Made by a program: the position numbers and the translations under genes. Under the pieces are notes generated by a model, which ran no database searches, had not been told where the DNA came from, and worked only from the letters and a program-made list of their open reading frames with translations. Below are positions 10,550 to 20,393 of a stretch of DNA of 34,926 nucleotides, in pieces; within the stretch, counting starts at the first letter, position 1; each line of letters begins with the position of its first letter. The DNA is from Trichomonas gallinae (Eukaryota), in the NCBI GenBank assembly GCA_008369845.1, contig MRSU01010563.1, positions 1 through 34,926 of the forward strand, written 5' to 3'.

Positions 10550-11023
10550 TTACTCCCAAGTAGAGAAAGCATTTTCAATTTGGAAATTTTGAAGATTACT
10601 TTCATCGAAGAAAGAAAATATCTCATTAAACTCAGCTTCTTCTGGTGCTGGAGTAATAATTTGTAGTTCTACAATGTCTGTCCTTGCATCATTTTCTTTA
10701 TTTTTCCTCTTTATCATGTTCATTAACTTGTTATATCGGTTTTTAATTTGTATATCATTCCTTCCATCGAAGTGTGATGCAATGAATCTCCATTTCGGAG
10801 CCAATTTAGGAACCAAATCTAAAAGTAAAACGTCTTCTTCATTTGTCCACTCTCTGTGAGCTACTTCAGGTGCTAAGAACCTAGTATATCTATCTCGGCA
10901 TTGCCTCGGGCTTCTTCCATTCATCTTTTTTGCAACTTCTCTCCAATTCCCTAACCCAACCTGCTTAACTAATGTAGTTAATTTCATATCTTCTTTCTTG
11001 CTAAAACGCTTGTACGCGAGCAT
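10550..11023 (-). CDS. R2R3 Myb-like DNA-binding protein
   Basis: FSKKED...NWREVAKKMNGRSPRQCRDRY and WTNEEDVLL...KWRFIASHFDGRNDIQIKNRY. Confidence 0.95.
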   Translation of the reverse strand: MLAYKRFSKKEDMKLTTLVKQVGLGNWREVAKKMNGRSPRQCRDRYTRFLAPEVAHREWTNEEDVLLLDLVPKLAPKWRFIASHFDGRNDIQIKNRYNKLMNMIKRKNKENDARTDIVELQIITPAPEEAEFNEIFSFFDESNLQNFQIENAFSTWE

Positions 11024-11773
11024 GCTTTATACTATGTAAAAAATAAAAGATGATATCAAATCAACATGATCCAAAAAAAAATTCAGAATTTCCAACCTGT
11101 TCTATTCAATTTTTTCAATCATCTAAACAAAAATGTGTCGGCAGATCACTTTCAGATTGGCAAAATTACGGATCTGCCAATGAAATTTATCTTATATATT
11201 TAGTATTATTTTATAAAAATTAATGATTTAGAATCACTTTTTTAAAACTTTTTTAGAATTGTATCTATTTTTGATTTGTGTTGATATTTTTATCCAAATG
11301 TAAATTTTTTGAAATAAAAAGTGACCCTAAATCGTTTGATCAATGATTATATCATGATATACTCCTAATTATTTAATTTTTTCCTAAATTGACGTTAATC
11401 TTTTGAAAAGCACTTTTTGTTCTTCTTTGATTTAAAATAAATTATGCTTGATCTGCTGATAATTGTCAATATATCTGAATGTTTTGCAACGTTTTGCTGA
11501 AGTATTCATTAATCTTATAAAAAAGTGACTTTTTGAACATTACGATAATGTAGACATTTTTCTAATAAATTCACAAGCATTTGGAATGATTCTCTAGTAA
11601 ATTTAGTTAAGATACAAAATTGCATGGCAAAACAATACATATATTTCGTCAAAAATTTGAATATTATTCACCATTTTCATTTTTGGTAGTTATTCATTGA
11701 TATCATTGATATATTGTATCAATATACTACATGATGATATAATTTAACTTTTGAATTTAAATTTACAAAGTTT

Positions 11774-14773
11774 TTAAATCTGGGTTATATACCTGGAAAT
11801 ATGTGACTTAAATAATTGACTAATTTCACTTTCTTCGTATATCAATTGTTTTGAATAGTTGACTAAAAATTCAATTATATTTTTTTGTGGATTTTGTTCA
11901 ATGGATAAATATAGAACATACAAACTTGTGGTTGATTCGCTTGGCTTCATAGCACTCTTATTGTATTGAATTAAATTCGAAATCAGAGATTTGAACAAAT
12001 CAAAATATTCCTGAATTATAGAATTTTGATTCAGTTGCGCAAGACAAATATTCTTCAAAAGATTAAGCGATTTCAAGCAATAAGGCAATGATTTGAATAT
12101 TTCAAGAAATTGAACATGATAAGGTGTATGTCCATCAATGAAGAAAATTTCAAGAATCATTGGAATGAATTCTTCTATTTTGATTTTTTGTTGAATATAG
12201 TTTGTTAATGCTTGAATAAATTCTTCTGCATTATTTCCTGTTTTTAATACATAAAATGCCCATCTAAGTAATGAAATTGGCTTGATTGAATCAAGTGAAT
12301 ACAAATGAGCTTTTGATTCAAAATATGAAATCCAGTATTTTTCATTATAATTTAACAATGTTTTTTCTAATTGATGCATATAAAAGAATACTGCTTGCAA
12401 ATTTTCGCTAGTTTCGAGCATTTCTTTTCCATTTTCTCTGTCCTGTAGGTATTCTATATATTTTCGCTGTACATTTGATTCCATCATCAACAAAAGATTG
12501 TAGCAAAATAATAAATTTTCTTCTGGAAATTCTACTGTATTAATCATGAATGACAAGCTACCAACTAATACATCCAAGGAATTCAACATCAGTTTTGAAA
12601 TGTAGATTCGATCAAATAGCATGAATTCGAGCTTGAAAAATTGAAAATTCGGAACATTTCCTTTTTGAATAATATGACCAATAATCGCCGATGCTAAATA
12701 ATGCAAATCATAATCATACGAGTCAAAAGTCGAAACATAATTTAATAAATTACATACTGTATTAATTATTATTGCAAATTTTTCATTAATGACTAAATTT
12801 TTCTCCAAGTTCTTCAAAATTAGTTTGAAGGAGATTGTGATGTTGTCAAAAGTTCTAAGAGTAATACAATAATATCTATTTTCTTTTGCATTAAGTCTAC
12901 AGCAATATTCTGCTAATTCATCCATTGGTGTGTCAGATTCCAAATAAAATACTTCAATATCTTTTCTCAAATAATTCAAAACTGCATCAATTAAATTTGT
13001 GCATAACTGAACCACATAACTTGCATCAATTTCAGCAATATGTTGCAATGCTTTGTCTATTTCATCAAGAATTAATAAATCAGATTCCAGAAGATTTTTT
13101 TCTAAAATTTTATCACAAAAGGCTTTAATAAATTTGTCATCTTGAAAACTATTATATTCGATTAATGAAATAACAGATGCACAATGCATTGCACTAATAT
13201 AATCACCTGCTGATAAACAATCATTATCTAATACATTAATTGCTAAACCAAAGATCTTTTCAGCATTACCAAAATTCTCTTCTCTAAATAAATCGAATAA
13301 AACAGGAAACAAATCAAAAATGCATGGCAATAATTCATTATTGGATATCATTTCATTGATAATTGCTTGTTGCAGTTCGCATGTTAATTTAATCCATTCT
13401 TGGTGAATACTTCCGAAACTACAAACTGACATCAAAAGTTCTTTAACTATAATTATTTCCTCCTCTTCGCAAATTCTATGTGCTGTATTATTCATAATTT
13501 CATATGCAATATTAAGATCATTTGTATTCAATATATTTTGTGATGATGTTTTCTCTAAAAACTGCGCACAAATTAATCTTAAACTTGCATCATCACAATT
13601 TAATGAATTAATTATTTGTTCACTAAAAACGGTTTTCAGTGATAAATGTGTATATGTTGAAAAATAAACAAAACACTCAGTGACTATTGCCAAGGCGCAT
13701 TTGACATGGTTAATATCTTCATTAGCTTGCGATAAAAATTCTATTAACCAGGCTGTGAATTCGACGTTAGATGCATAAAAATCTGTAATTATAATCATAA
13801 CATTCATCGCGTCAATCAATAAGGATTCATTTTGGGATTCATCTAATGAAGGATCATAAGATTCAACTACTGATAAACAAAAAGAAAACAAGAATTCTGC
13901 AATAAAACTTTGAACAAAATCAATGCTTATAGATTCATTAAAACAAATGAAATAATGAGTAATGCAGATCATAATATTTCTAATAGATTTCTCAGTTCCA
14001 TGTTTTGCAATTATGTTTGTAAATAGTGTAATAAAATCTTGAGCTGATTCTGATAAAAACTTGCACAAAGAGTTGAAATATGTGTCAAAAACAGACAAAA
14101 GTTCAACAAATAAATTTTCATCTTCTGATATGTTACTAAAAAGATTATAAATATATTCTACATAACTGCTCATATCGAATTTTTGGGATAAAACTAGTAT
14201 CAATGGAACAATTGCTATGTGAATTTCTGCATGAGTTTCTGCATTATTGATAAATGTCTGCAAAATATTATTGAATATTTCAGGATTGTCGAAAACAATA
14301 TTTGATGATACTGATATCACTAAACTTTGTAATGATGACTTTACTATATCTAAATTTGGTGATTCAAGGCCTTTTATAAATAAATTTAATATTATTGGTG
14401 AAAATTTCATAATTGAAGTCGAAACAATAAGAAAGTGTGATATAATTTGTCTAAAATTTGGTTCTATTTGTTCATTTAAATAAATACTCGCAAAAATTTC
14501 GAAAATTTGGTTTTGAAAAAAATCTTCTGTTAAAATGCCTCTAATTTCATCTGATGATTTAACTTTAACTGTGAGTAAGATTAATGAAGCTTTTCGAAGC
14601 ATTAAATCTTGACTCTGAATAAAATGTAATAATAAATTAGCAGCTTCTAATGGATTACTTGCAACATATTCGTTAAACAGTTTTTCACTGGCAATTCTTT
14701 GATCATTATCATCAGATATCAAAGAATTTAAAACAAGATCACGAAATGTTTTTTCATCCATATAATTATCCAT
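11774..14773 (-). CDS. Large HEAT/ARM-repeat protein, importin-beta-like
   Basis: 999-aa acidic, all-helical ORF. N-terminal LISDDNDQRIASEKLFNEY resembles karyopherin-beta HEAT1. Confidence 0.65.
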   Translation of the reverse strand: MDNYMDEKTFRDLVLNSLISDDNDQRIASEKLFNEYVASNPLEAANLLLHFIQSQDLMLRKASLILLTVKVKSSDEIRGILTEDFFQNQIFEIFASIYLNEQIEPNFRQIISHFLIVSTSIMKFSPIILNLFIKGLESPNLDIVKSSLQSLVISVSSNIVFDNPEIFNNILQTFINNAETHAEIHIAIVPLILVLSQKFDMSSYVEYIYNLFSNISEDENLFVELLSVFDTYFNSLCKFLSESAQDFITLFTNIIAKHGTEKSIRNIMICITHYFICFNESISIDFVQSFIAEFLFSFCLSVVESYDPSLDESQNESLLIDAMNVMIIITDFYASNVEFTAWLIEFLSQANEDINHVKCALAIVTECFVYFSTYTHLSLKTVFSEQIINSLNCDDASLRLICAQFLEKTSSQNILNTNDLNIAYEIMNNTAHRICEEEEIIIVKELLMSVCSFGSIHQEWIKLTCELQQAIINEMISNNELLPCIFDLFPVLFDLFREENFGNAEKIFGLAINVLDNDCLSAGDYISAMHCASVISLIEYNSFQDDKFIKAFCDKILEKNLLESDLLILDEIDKALQHIAEIDASYVVQLCTNLIDAVLNYLRKDIEVFYLESDTPMDELAEYCCRLNAKENRYYCITLRTFDNITISFKLILKNLEKNLVINEKFAIIINTVCNLLNYVSTFDSYDYDLHYLASAIIGHIIQKGNVPNFQFFKLEFMLFDRIYISKLMLNSLDVLVGSLSFMINTVEFPEENLLFCYNLLLMMESNVQRKYIEYLQDRENGKEMLETSENLQAVFFYMHQLEKTLLNYNEKYWISYFESKAHLYSLDSIKPISLLRWAFYVLKTGNNAEEFIQALTNYIQQKIKIEEFIPMILEIFFIDGHTPYHVQFLEIFKSLPYCLKSLNLLKNICLAQLNQNSIIQEYFDLFKSLISNLIQYNKSAMKPSESTTSLYVLYLSIEQNPQKNIIEFLVNYSKQLIYEESEISQLFKSHISRYITQI

Positions 14774-14846
14774 TTTGACAATAAATCTTAATTACATGTC
14801 GAAAATGAGCGTTACGTGTCAAATTGACATAAAATTTTAAACTTTA

Positions 14847-14989
14847 CAAAATGATTCTTATTCATTGACGCGATGAATGTTATGATTATAATTACAGATT
14901 TTTATGCATTTAATGTCGAATTCACAGCCTGGTTAATAGAATTTTTATCGCAAACTAATGAAGATATTAACCATGTCAAATGCGCCTTG
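14847..14989 (+). repeat. Inverted duplicate (about 143 bp) of 13691-13834, an internal coding segment of the importin-like gene
   Basis: The reverse complement of 13691-13834 matches with about 5 substitutions and 1 indel by manual alignment. Confidence 0.95.
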
Positions 14990-15046
14990 TGTGCTGAATA
15001 TATAATATAATTTTCAGATAGTATAGAGTACTCTATACGTAAAATT

Positions 15047-16180
15047 TTACATAAAAACGAAAACAAAGACTTGAATAATCTTCATATTATGTATCTGAAC
15101 GTATTCAATTCTTCCAGTAGGATATAATGGACCTAGGTATGTGATAGCAGCTTCGCCATTTCCCGAATGGCCATTGGTGGTTATTTTAGGATTGAGGCTA
15201 GTTGGCATTGGATATTGACCATCGAGCATTTTGCCATCATGGAAGTAAAATCCTGAAAAGTGGAACATACTGTTTATGCTGTTCATGTCCGCTTCAACGG
15301 GAGAAGGAGACATACAGCCTTTGTATCCACTTATATAGGAATTTCCTCCTGCTGAAGAGGTTTCAGTTCCCCATTTCGTGGAAAAAATGGTGAAATCCAT
15401 TCCACCTCTATATCCAGACCCGCAGCCTGCTGATGATCCTCCAATATCAACGCCATAGTCCTTACCTGTGCATCCAATGCCTAGATTGCCAAAAGTTTGA
15501 GTTGCACCTAGCGATCTATCACTAACATTTTTTGATATTAGATCACCTCCATTCCCACCTTTATATAATCTATAGTGTGTGTTTATTTCGGTGCCATTTG
15601 TGGAACATGCACCACCTCCTGATCCCGCGACAATGATGCGACTTTTAATTGATTTTTGGAAAAGTGACGTAGTATTGTCAATTTTGTTCATATCATAGTA
15701 TACTAGGCGAAGATCGACTGCTCCGCCTCCACCCGCGCCACTTTCCGAAAAATTGTAGTCTCCTGTGTCTATTCCTGCATTTCCACCTCCATTCCAGCCT
15801 CCAAGGCTTCGAACGAGCTCTCCATGCAAGTATGAGGTTTGATCTTGGCCTTTCCCGCCGATGTAAAGGAAAAATTTTGTCGTAGATGGAATCCAGATCT
15901 CACCACTGACGTAAGAACCTTTTCCGCCAGAATCAGGATGCATAATTATTTCATTTTGATATCTTGCATCACCGCCTTGAGAGCCCCAAAGTTCGACAAA
16001 ATATCTGCCTTTTTGGAAAGTTACTTCGTATGGGGTGCATTTTGTAGTACTATTGCAAGGATAATTAAATACGTATTTATTTTCTCGTTTTGTAACGTTT
16101 TCTGTTCCTAATTCTTTGGAATATAGCGAATAAGTTAGCTTTGGTGTCCGTGCTGCTATACATAATACTAATATCAACAC
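15047..16180 (-). CDS. Glycine-rich (ALK/LTK-type Gly-rich domain) surface-type protein with no in-frame ATG at its N-terminus
   Basis: GRYFVELWGSQGG, GGKGSYVSG, YIGGKG, GAGGGGAVDLR, RIIVAGSGGG, GGNSYISGY; hydrophobic C-tail. The frame opens with GTG after TGA; first ATG is at 15943 (residue 80). Confidence 0.8.
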   Translation of the reverse strand: MLILVLCIAARTPKLTYSLYSKELGTENVTKRENKYVFNYPCNSTTKCTPYEVTFQKGRYFVELWGSQGGDARYQNEIIMHPDSGGKGSYVSGEIWIPSTTKFFLYIGGKGQDQTSYLHGELVRSLGGWNGGGNAGIDTGDYNFSESGAGGGGAVDLRLVYYDMNKIDNTTSLFQKSIKSRIIVAGSGGGACSTNGTEINTHYRLYKGGNGGDLISKNVSDRSLGATQTFGNLGIGCTGKDYGVDIGGSSAGCGSGYRGGMDFTIFSTKWGTETSSAGGNSYISGYKGCMSPSPVEADMNSINSMFHFSGFYFHDGKMLDGQYPMPTSLNPKITTNGHSGNGEAAITYLGPLYPTGRIEYVQIHNMKIIQVFVFVFM

Positions 16181-16410
16181 TCATGTATGTTATGGGAAGC
16201 CCATGTATTTTGAGAATAAAAATTTTTATATGTCATGTAAATATTAAATATGTCAAGTAAATAATACATTATGTTGTGTAAAATATTACATGTCAAATTG
16301 CTCAAGAAATGTAAAGAACTTAAAATTGATTTAAATCATATTAACCTATGTATGGTGTGTTAAAAATAATAAGAGTTAATTAAATATCGTTAAATTTATT
16401 TATATTACAA

Positions 16411-17373
16411 ATGGAAGAACCAGAAAGAAAGTCTCTGGTTCGATTATCAATCAATGTTGATAATGTACGAGACATTTTAACATTTCTTAATGATGAAGTA
16501 GCCAATCATTCGAAAGACATAGCAAATATCAAAAATATTTTATCAAATCTTGTTTCAGTAAAGCGATTCAATGAACTAGAAATGATGGTTACGGACTTGA
16601 ACGACAATTATTACAAGAAATTCGACGAATTATACCCAAATTATACAAATATTATGAAAGATATTGATGAACGATTTGATATGTTCCAAAAACAGATGGG
16701 ATCTACTATATCTGGCGTTTATCAAGAACTTTCAACTAGAATTGGAAAGATTGAAAAAACAATTGAACCAATGATTACAATGCAATCGAAATTAAATAAC
16801 TACGTCGATAAATTAGATAAATTACTATCAGACTCTGGTAATTTAAACTCATTCAGATCAATTATAGATTTGAATAGACGTGTAACAGCATTAGAACAAG
16901 CATTCAATCAGAGAAATAACGATCAGGATGAGTTGTTTCAGAAGTTACGTGAATTACTCGAAGCAAACGGAAATATTGAAAATTCTGATATAGAAACGCA
17001 AACGACTAGAATTAACATGTATGACGAACAGACAAATGCTACCAATAATAATAACGATTCTGATAATGATAAAAATAAGAATTCAAATTTAGATGTGTTT
17101 AATAAAGCGATGGATGATCTTAATAAACTCAATATAGACTCTAATTCACTTGATCCTAATAAAAATTGTTCTAATCAAAATGATCATTCCAAACGCGAAA
17201 ATTATAGAAAACAGATAACAAGACTTGAAATACCTGTAGAGATAGCTCACATTGCCCCTACTGCAAAGTCTTCAAGAGAAATTGGTTCATTGATGAAAGT
17301 CGTCGTATCACAAAGAAGCTCACATCCAGTGTTCAAAGCCTCTAGGAAATATCCACATAGTTCGAGGAAGTAA
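16411..17373 (+). CDS. Hypothetical coiled-coil protein
   Basis: 320-aa ORF with heptad character and an Asn/Asp-rich linker. Confidence 0.75.
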   Translation: MEEPERKSLVRLSINVDNVRDILTFLNDEVANHSKDIANIKNILSNLVSVKRFNELEMMVTDLNDNYYKKFDELYPNYTNIMKDIDERFDMFQKQMGSTISGVYQELSTRIGKIEKTIEPMITMQSKLNNYVDKLDKLLSDSGNLNSFRSIIDLNRRVTALEQAFNQRNNDQDELFQKLRELLEANGNIENSDIETQTTRINMYDEQTNATNNNNDSDNDKNKNSNLDVFNKAMDDLNKLNIDSNSLDPNKNCSNQNDHSKRENYRKQITRLEIPVEIAHIAPTAKSSREIGSLMKVVVSQRSSHPVFKASRKYPHSSRK

Positions 17374-17759
17374 GAAAAACTGCAAAATTATAATGTTTTA
17401 CAGTGAAAAATTTTATGATTCTTTACAATCGCATGTTTGTTATTATAAATCTTTGTAACTTTTTGATCCCATTTATTATTTTATATGAAATGCTTAATTA
17501 AACTTAATCAACGATAGAAATAATAACAAACACGGTTTTTTGTCTCCCACGGTCTTAATATTGTTATGTATACATTATGGTTATTTGATTATTAATGGAA
17601 TAAAGTCAAAATAATCGAAAATAAGACCGTATATTATATATGGATACTAAATAAGCTTTAAACACATGTGAAAAGGTCTAAAATTATAATAATAGAGTAT
17701 AACTTTTAAATATTTCTTTTTCAACAAACATGGTATAAAATATATAAAAAAATATAATA

Positions 17760-18929
17760 TTAGATGGAAGGGAGTTTCACAGGAACTCTTCTTCTTGATG
17801 GAGATACTATTGGTGTGTGAATTTGCGTGTGTAATGATTTTCTTCTTGCTGCTTTGAGATTTTCTGGAACAATTAAAGGTCTTACCAGGCTCTTCATATG
17901 ATATGAATCTTTACGCTCAGGAACTGGAGCTTCCTTGATGAGTAAATTATGGAAATGAGAAACAAAATAATCGCGACGAATAATACTGAACGCAGTAGTA
18001 GCATCATTTGATGCATTTGCAGCCAAATCCTTTTTAATTTGCTCATAATCGAATCCAATTTGAGCCAATGAACGAGTGAAATACAATTCATCATATTCGA
18101 ACTTTGCCAATTTCTCCTCAACATAAAGATAATGCTCATGCAGCCATGGATGATGGATGACATCATAGAGGCTGATTCTTTCTGCTGGATTCTTTGTTAA
18201 TAATTTCTTTAACAAGTCAGTTAAAAGAGGTGAAATGTTTGAAGGAATTTCTACTTCCTTGAAAATGATCTTTTGAGCTAATCTTGTCATATTTGCATCC
18301 TCAAAAGGTAAATATCCAACAACAATCGCAAACAAAACGACACCACAGCTCCATATATCGGATGAATATGTATATGGATGTCCTAAAATCATTTCTGGTG
18401 GTGCATAGGCTGGCGAGCCACATTGTGTTTTAAGAGTATTATTTTGGTCAGGTGTGTTACTTAAGCCAAAATCGATGACTCTCAAGTTCCTAGAAGCATC
18501 AAAAAGAATGTTTTCTGCTTTAATATCACGATGAGCAATGTTACACTCCTCATGTAAATAACGAATAACCATAATAAGCTGCGAGAAAACGATAGCAGCA
18601 TCAGTTTCATTTAATGTTCCATGTTCATTTATATTGTTTAAGAGTGTTCCGTTTCTTACGTACTCCATGACCAAATAATAGTTATTTGGCGTCTCAATTA
18701 CCTCGAAAAGATCGCTGATAAATGGATGGCGAGCTCTCTTGAGGAAGTTTATTTCGCGTTGGATCCTCATAAGGTGCTCATAGTCCTCTTCTGTTTCGAT
18801 ATGTTTTGGAATCATTTTGATAGCGACGTGCATTGAGCTTGGCTTGTGGATGGCAAAGAAAACATTTGCAAACCCACCTTTTCCAATTGTGCGGACTACG
18901 TTGTAGTTTGCTAAAGCTTCCTTCTCCAT
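17760..18929 (-). CDS. CAMK-group (SNF1/AMPK-related) Ser/Thr protein kinase
   Basis: GKGGFA, VAIK, HRDIKAEN, DFG, TQCGSPAYAPPE, DIWSCG. Confidence 0.96.
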   Translation of the reverse strand: MEKEALANYNVVRTIGKGGFANVFFAIHKPSSMHVAIKMIPKHIETEEDYEHLMRIQREINFLKRARHPFISDLFEVIETPNNYYLVMEYVRNGTLLNNINEHGTLNETDAAIVFSQLIMVIRYLHEECNIAHRDIKAENILFDASRNLRVIDFGLSNTPDQNNTLKTQCGSPAYAPPEMILGHPYTYSSDIWSCGVVLFAIVVGYLPFEDANMTRLAQKIIFKEVEIPSNISPLLTDLLKKLLTKNPAERISLYDVIHHPWLHEHYLYVEEKLAKFEYDELYFTRSLAQIGFDYEQIKKDLAANASNDATTAFSIIRRDYFVSHFHNLLIKEAPVPERKDSYHMKSLVRPLIVPENLKAARRKSLHTQIHTPIVSPSRRRVPVKLPSI

Positions 18930-20393
18930 AATTTTTTAAAATAAATAATATTGAATAGATAATTGAAAAAATTTAGTGTATATTTGTAAAATATAAAGTG
19001 CAGGAATGATATATGTGTAAAAATTTTGAGGCCGCCGTTTCAGGAAACTATACAAAATTTGTTCGCAGTGAAGCTATGAATTCTTTTTGTATGCATTGAA
19101 AAGTAAAACCAATCGTAAATTTTAAATATGCTAATAGACAACTAAAGGGTATTATAGTTGTTTATTCAAACCGCTAGAAAACTTTTTTTTTTGCTTTTTT
19201 TACAACTCAACTCAAAATACAGGAAACTCACCAATAACAATACGCAATCCGATGTTGCGTCTTGGCCGCGAAATTCAAATATGCTTTATTTGTTAATATT
19301 TGAACAGTTGTAATAACAAATAACATAATGTCTGCTCATTCATAATTTTCCAAATCAAATTTAATTCAACAAAAGTGACTACATTTTGTTTCGATCTCTA
19401 TTCTTGCTATGTTTACAGTTAGTTAATGCGCGTTTTTCATTTGAAAGAAAGATTTTTGATTTGAGATGATGAATACATGTTATTCCTATCATTAGGCATC
19501 AACGTATTAAAAAAATCAATTAAGCCTGATTTTTATGCTTCGATCTCAAATTTTAATTAAATTAATCATCATATTGTACCAATAAAAGGAATATCGCATT
19601 TAATTTTTAAAACTCGAATTCTCATACAATTTTGATCCGTAAAATTATTTTTGTTCGCTGATGACTTCTGTGTTCGATATATTTTATATAAACTAGAAGA
19701 GCTCATTCAAAATTTTATGTTCATCTTAAAATAATTGAAAGATGACAAAGAATTTATTTGAAAAGACTAAATTTACTTTCAATTGCAAATCTCAATATTT
19801 GTATATAATCGTGAATTAATTTTATGCTGAATAGCTCACTAAAATGAGTCAGAGGTTCAATATTGGTCGACCAAATTAAATTTTCAAAGTGATGAACAAA
19901 AATATTTACGTTTACCTTTTATGATTCATTAATGCATACATTGAAATATGCAAATAAAATAAACAACATTTTTTTCAATAACATAAAATTCAATTCAATT
20001 TTTACCCTTCCAGATTTCTCTTGCTCACCTATTATTTTCTGCATTTTTAATATTTAAAATTATTTTTATTATTTCACCGAAAAACCTTCTAAAATAATTT
20101 ATTTTTATCATTTTCATTATTTGCATTGTTATAAAAATAATTTTAAATAATCTAAAATACTTATATTTATATCTAGATTCGTTTTTACACTTTATAACAA
20201 TCTTTATTCAGTATTTCTCGTAATATCAAATAATTTTCTTTTCTGCGATTCAATGTTTGCAGCTTCCCTACGTCGCTGTGTCATACCTGTAATTTATTGA
20301 ATCTTTTCACAAGATTCGATTCTCAACCATTATAATGCTACACATGACATTTTTTTTATGAAGAAACAAATTTCAAATAAGTCTGTGAATTAA

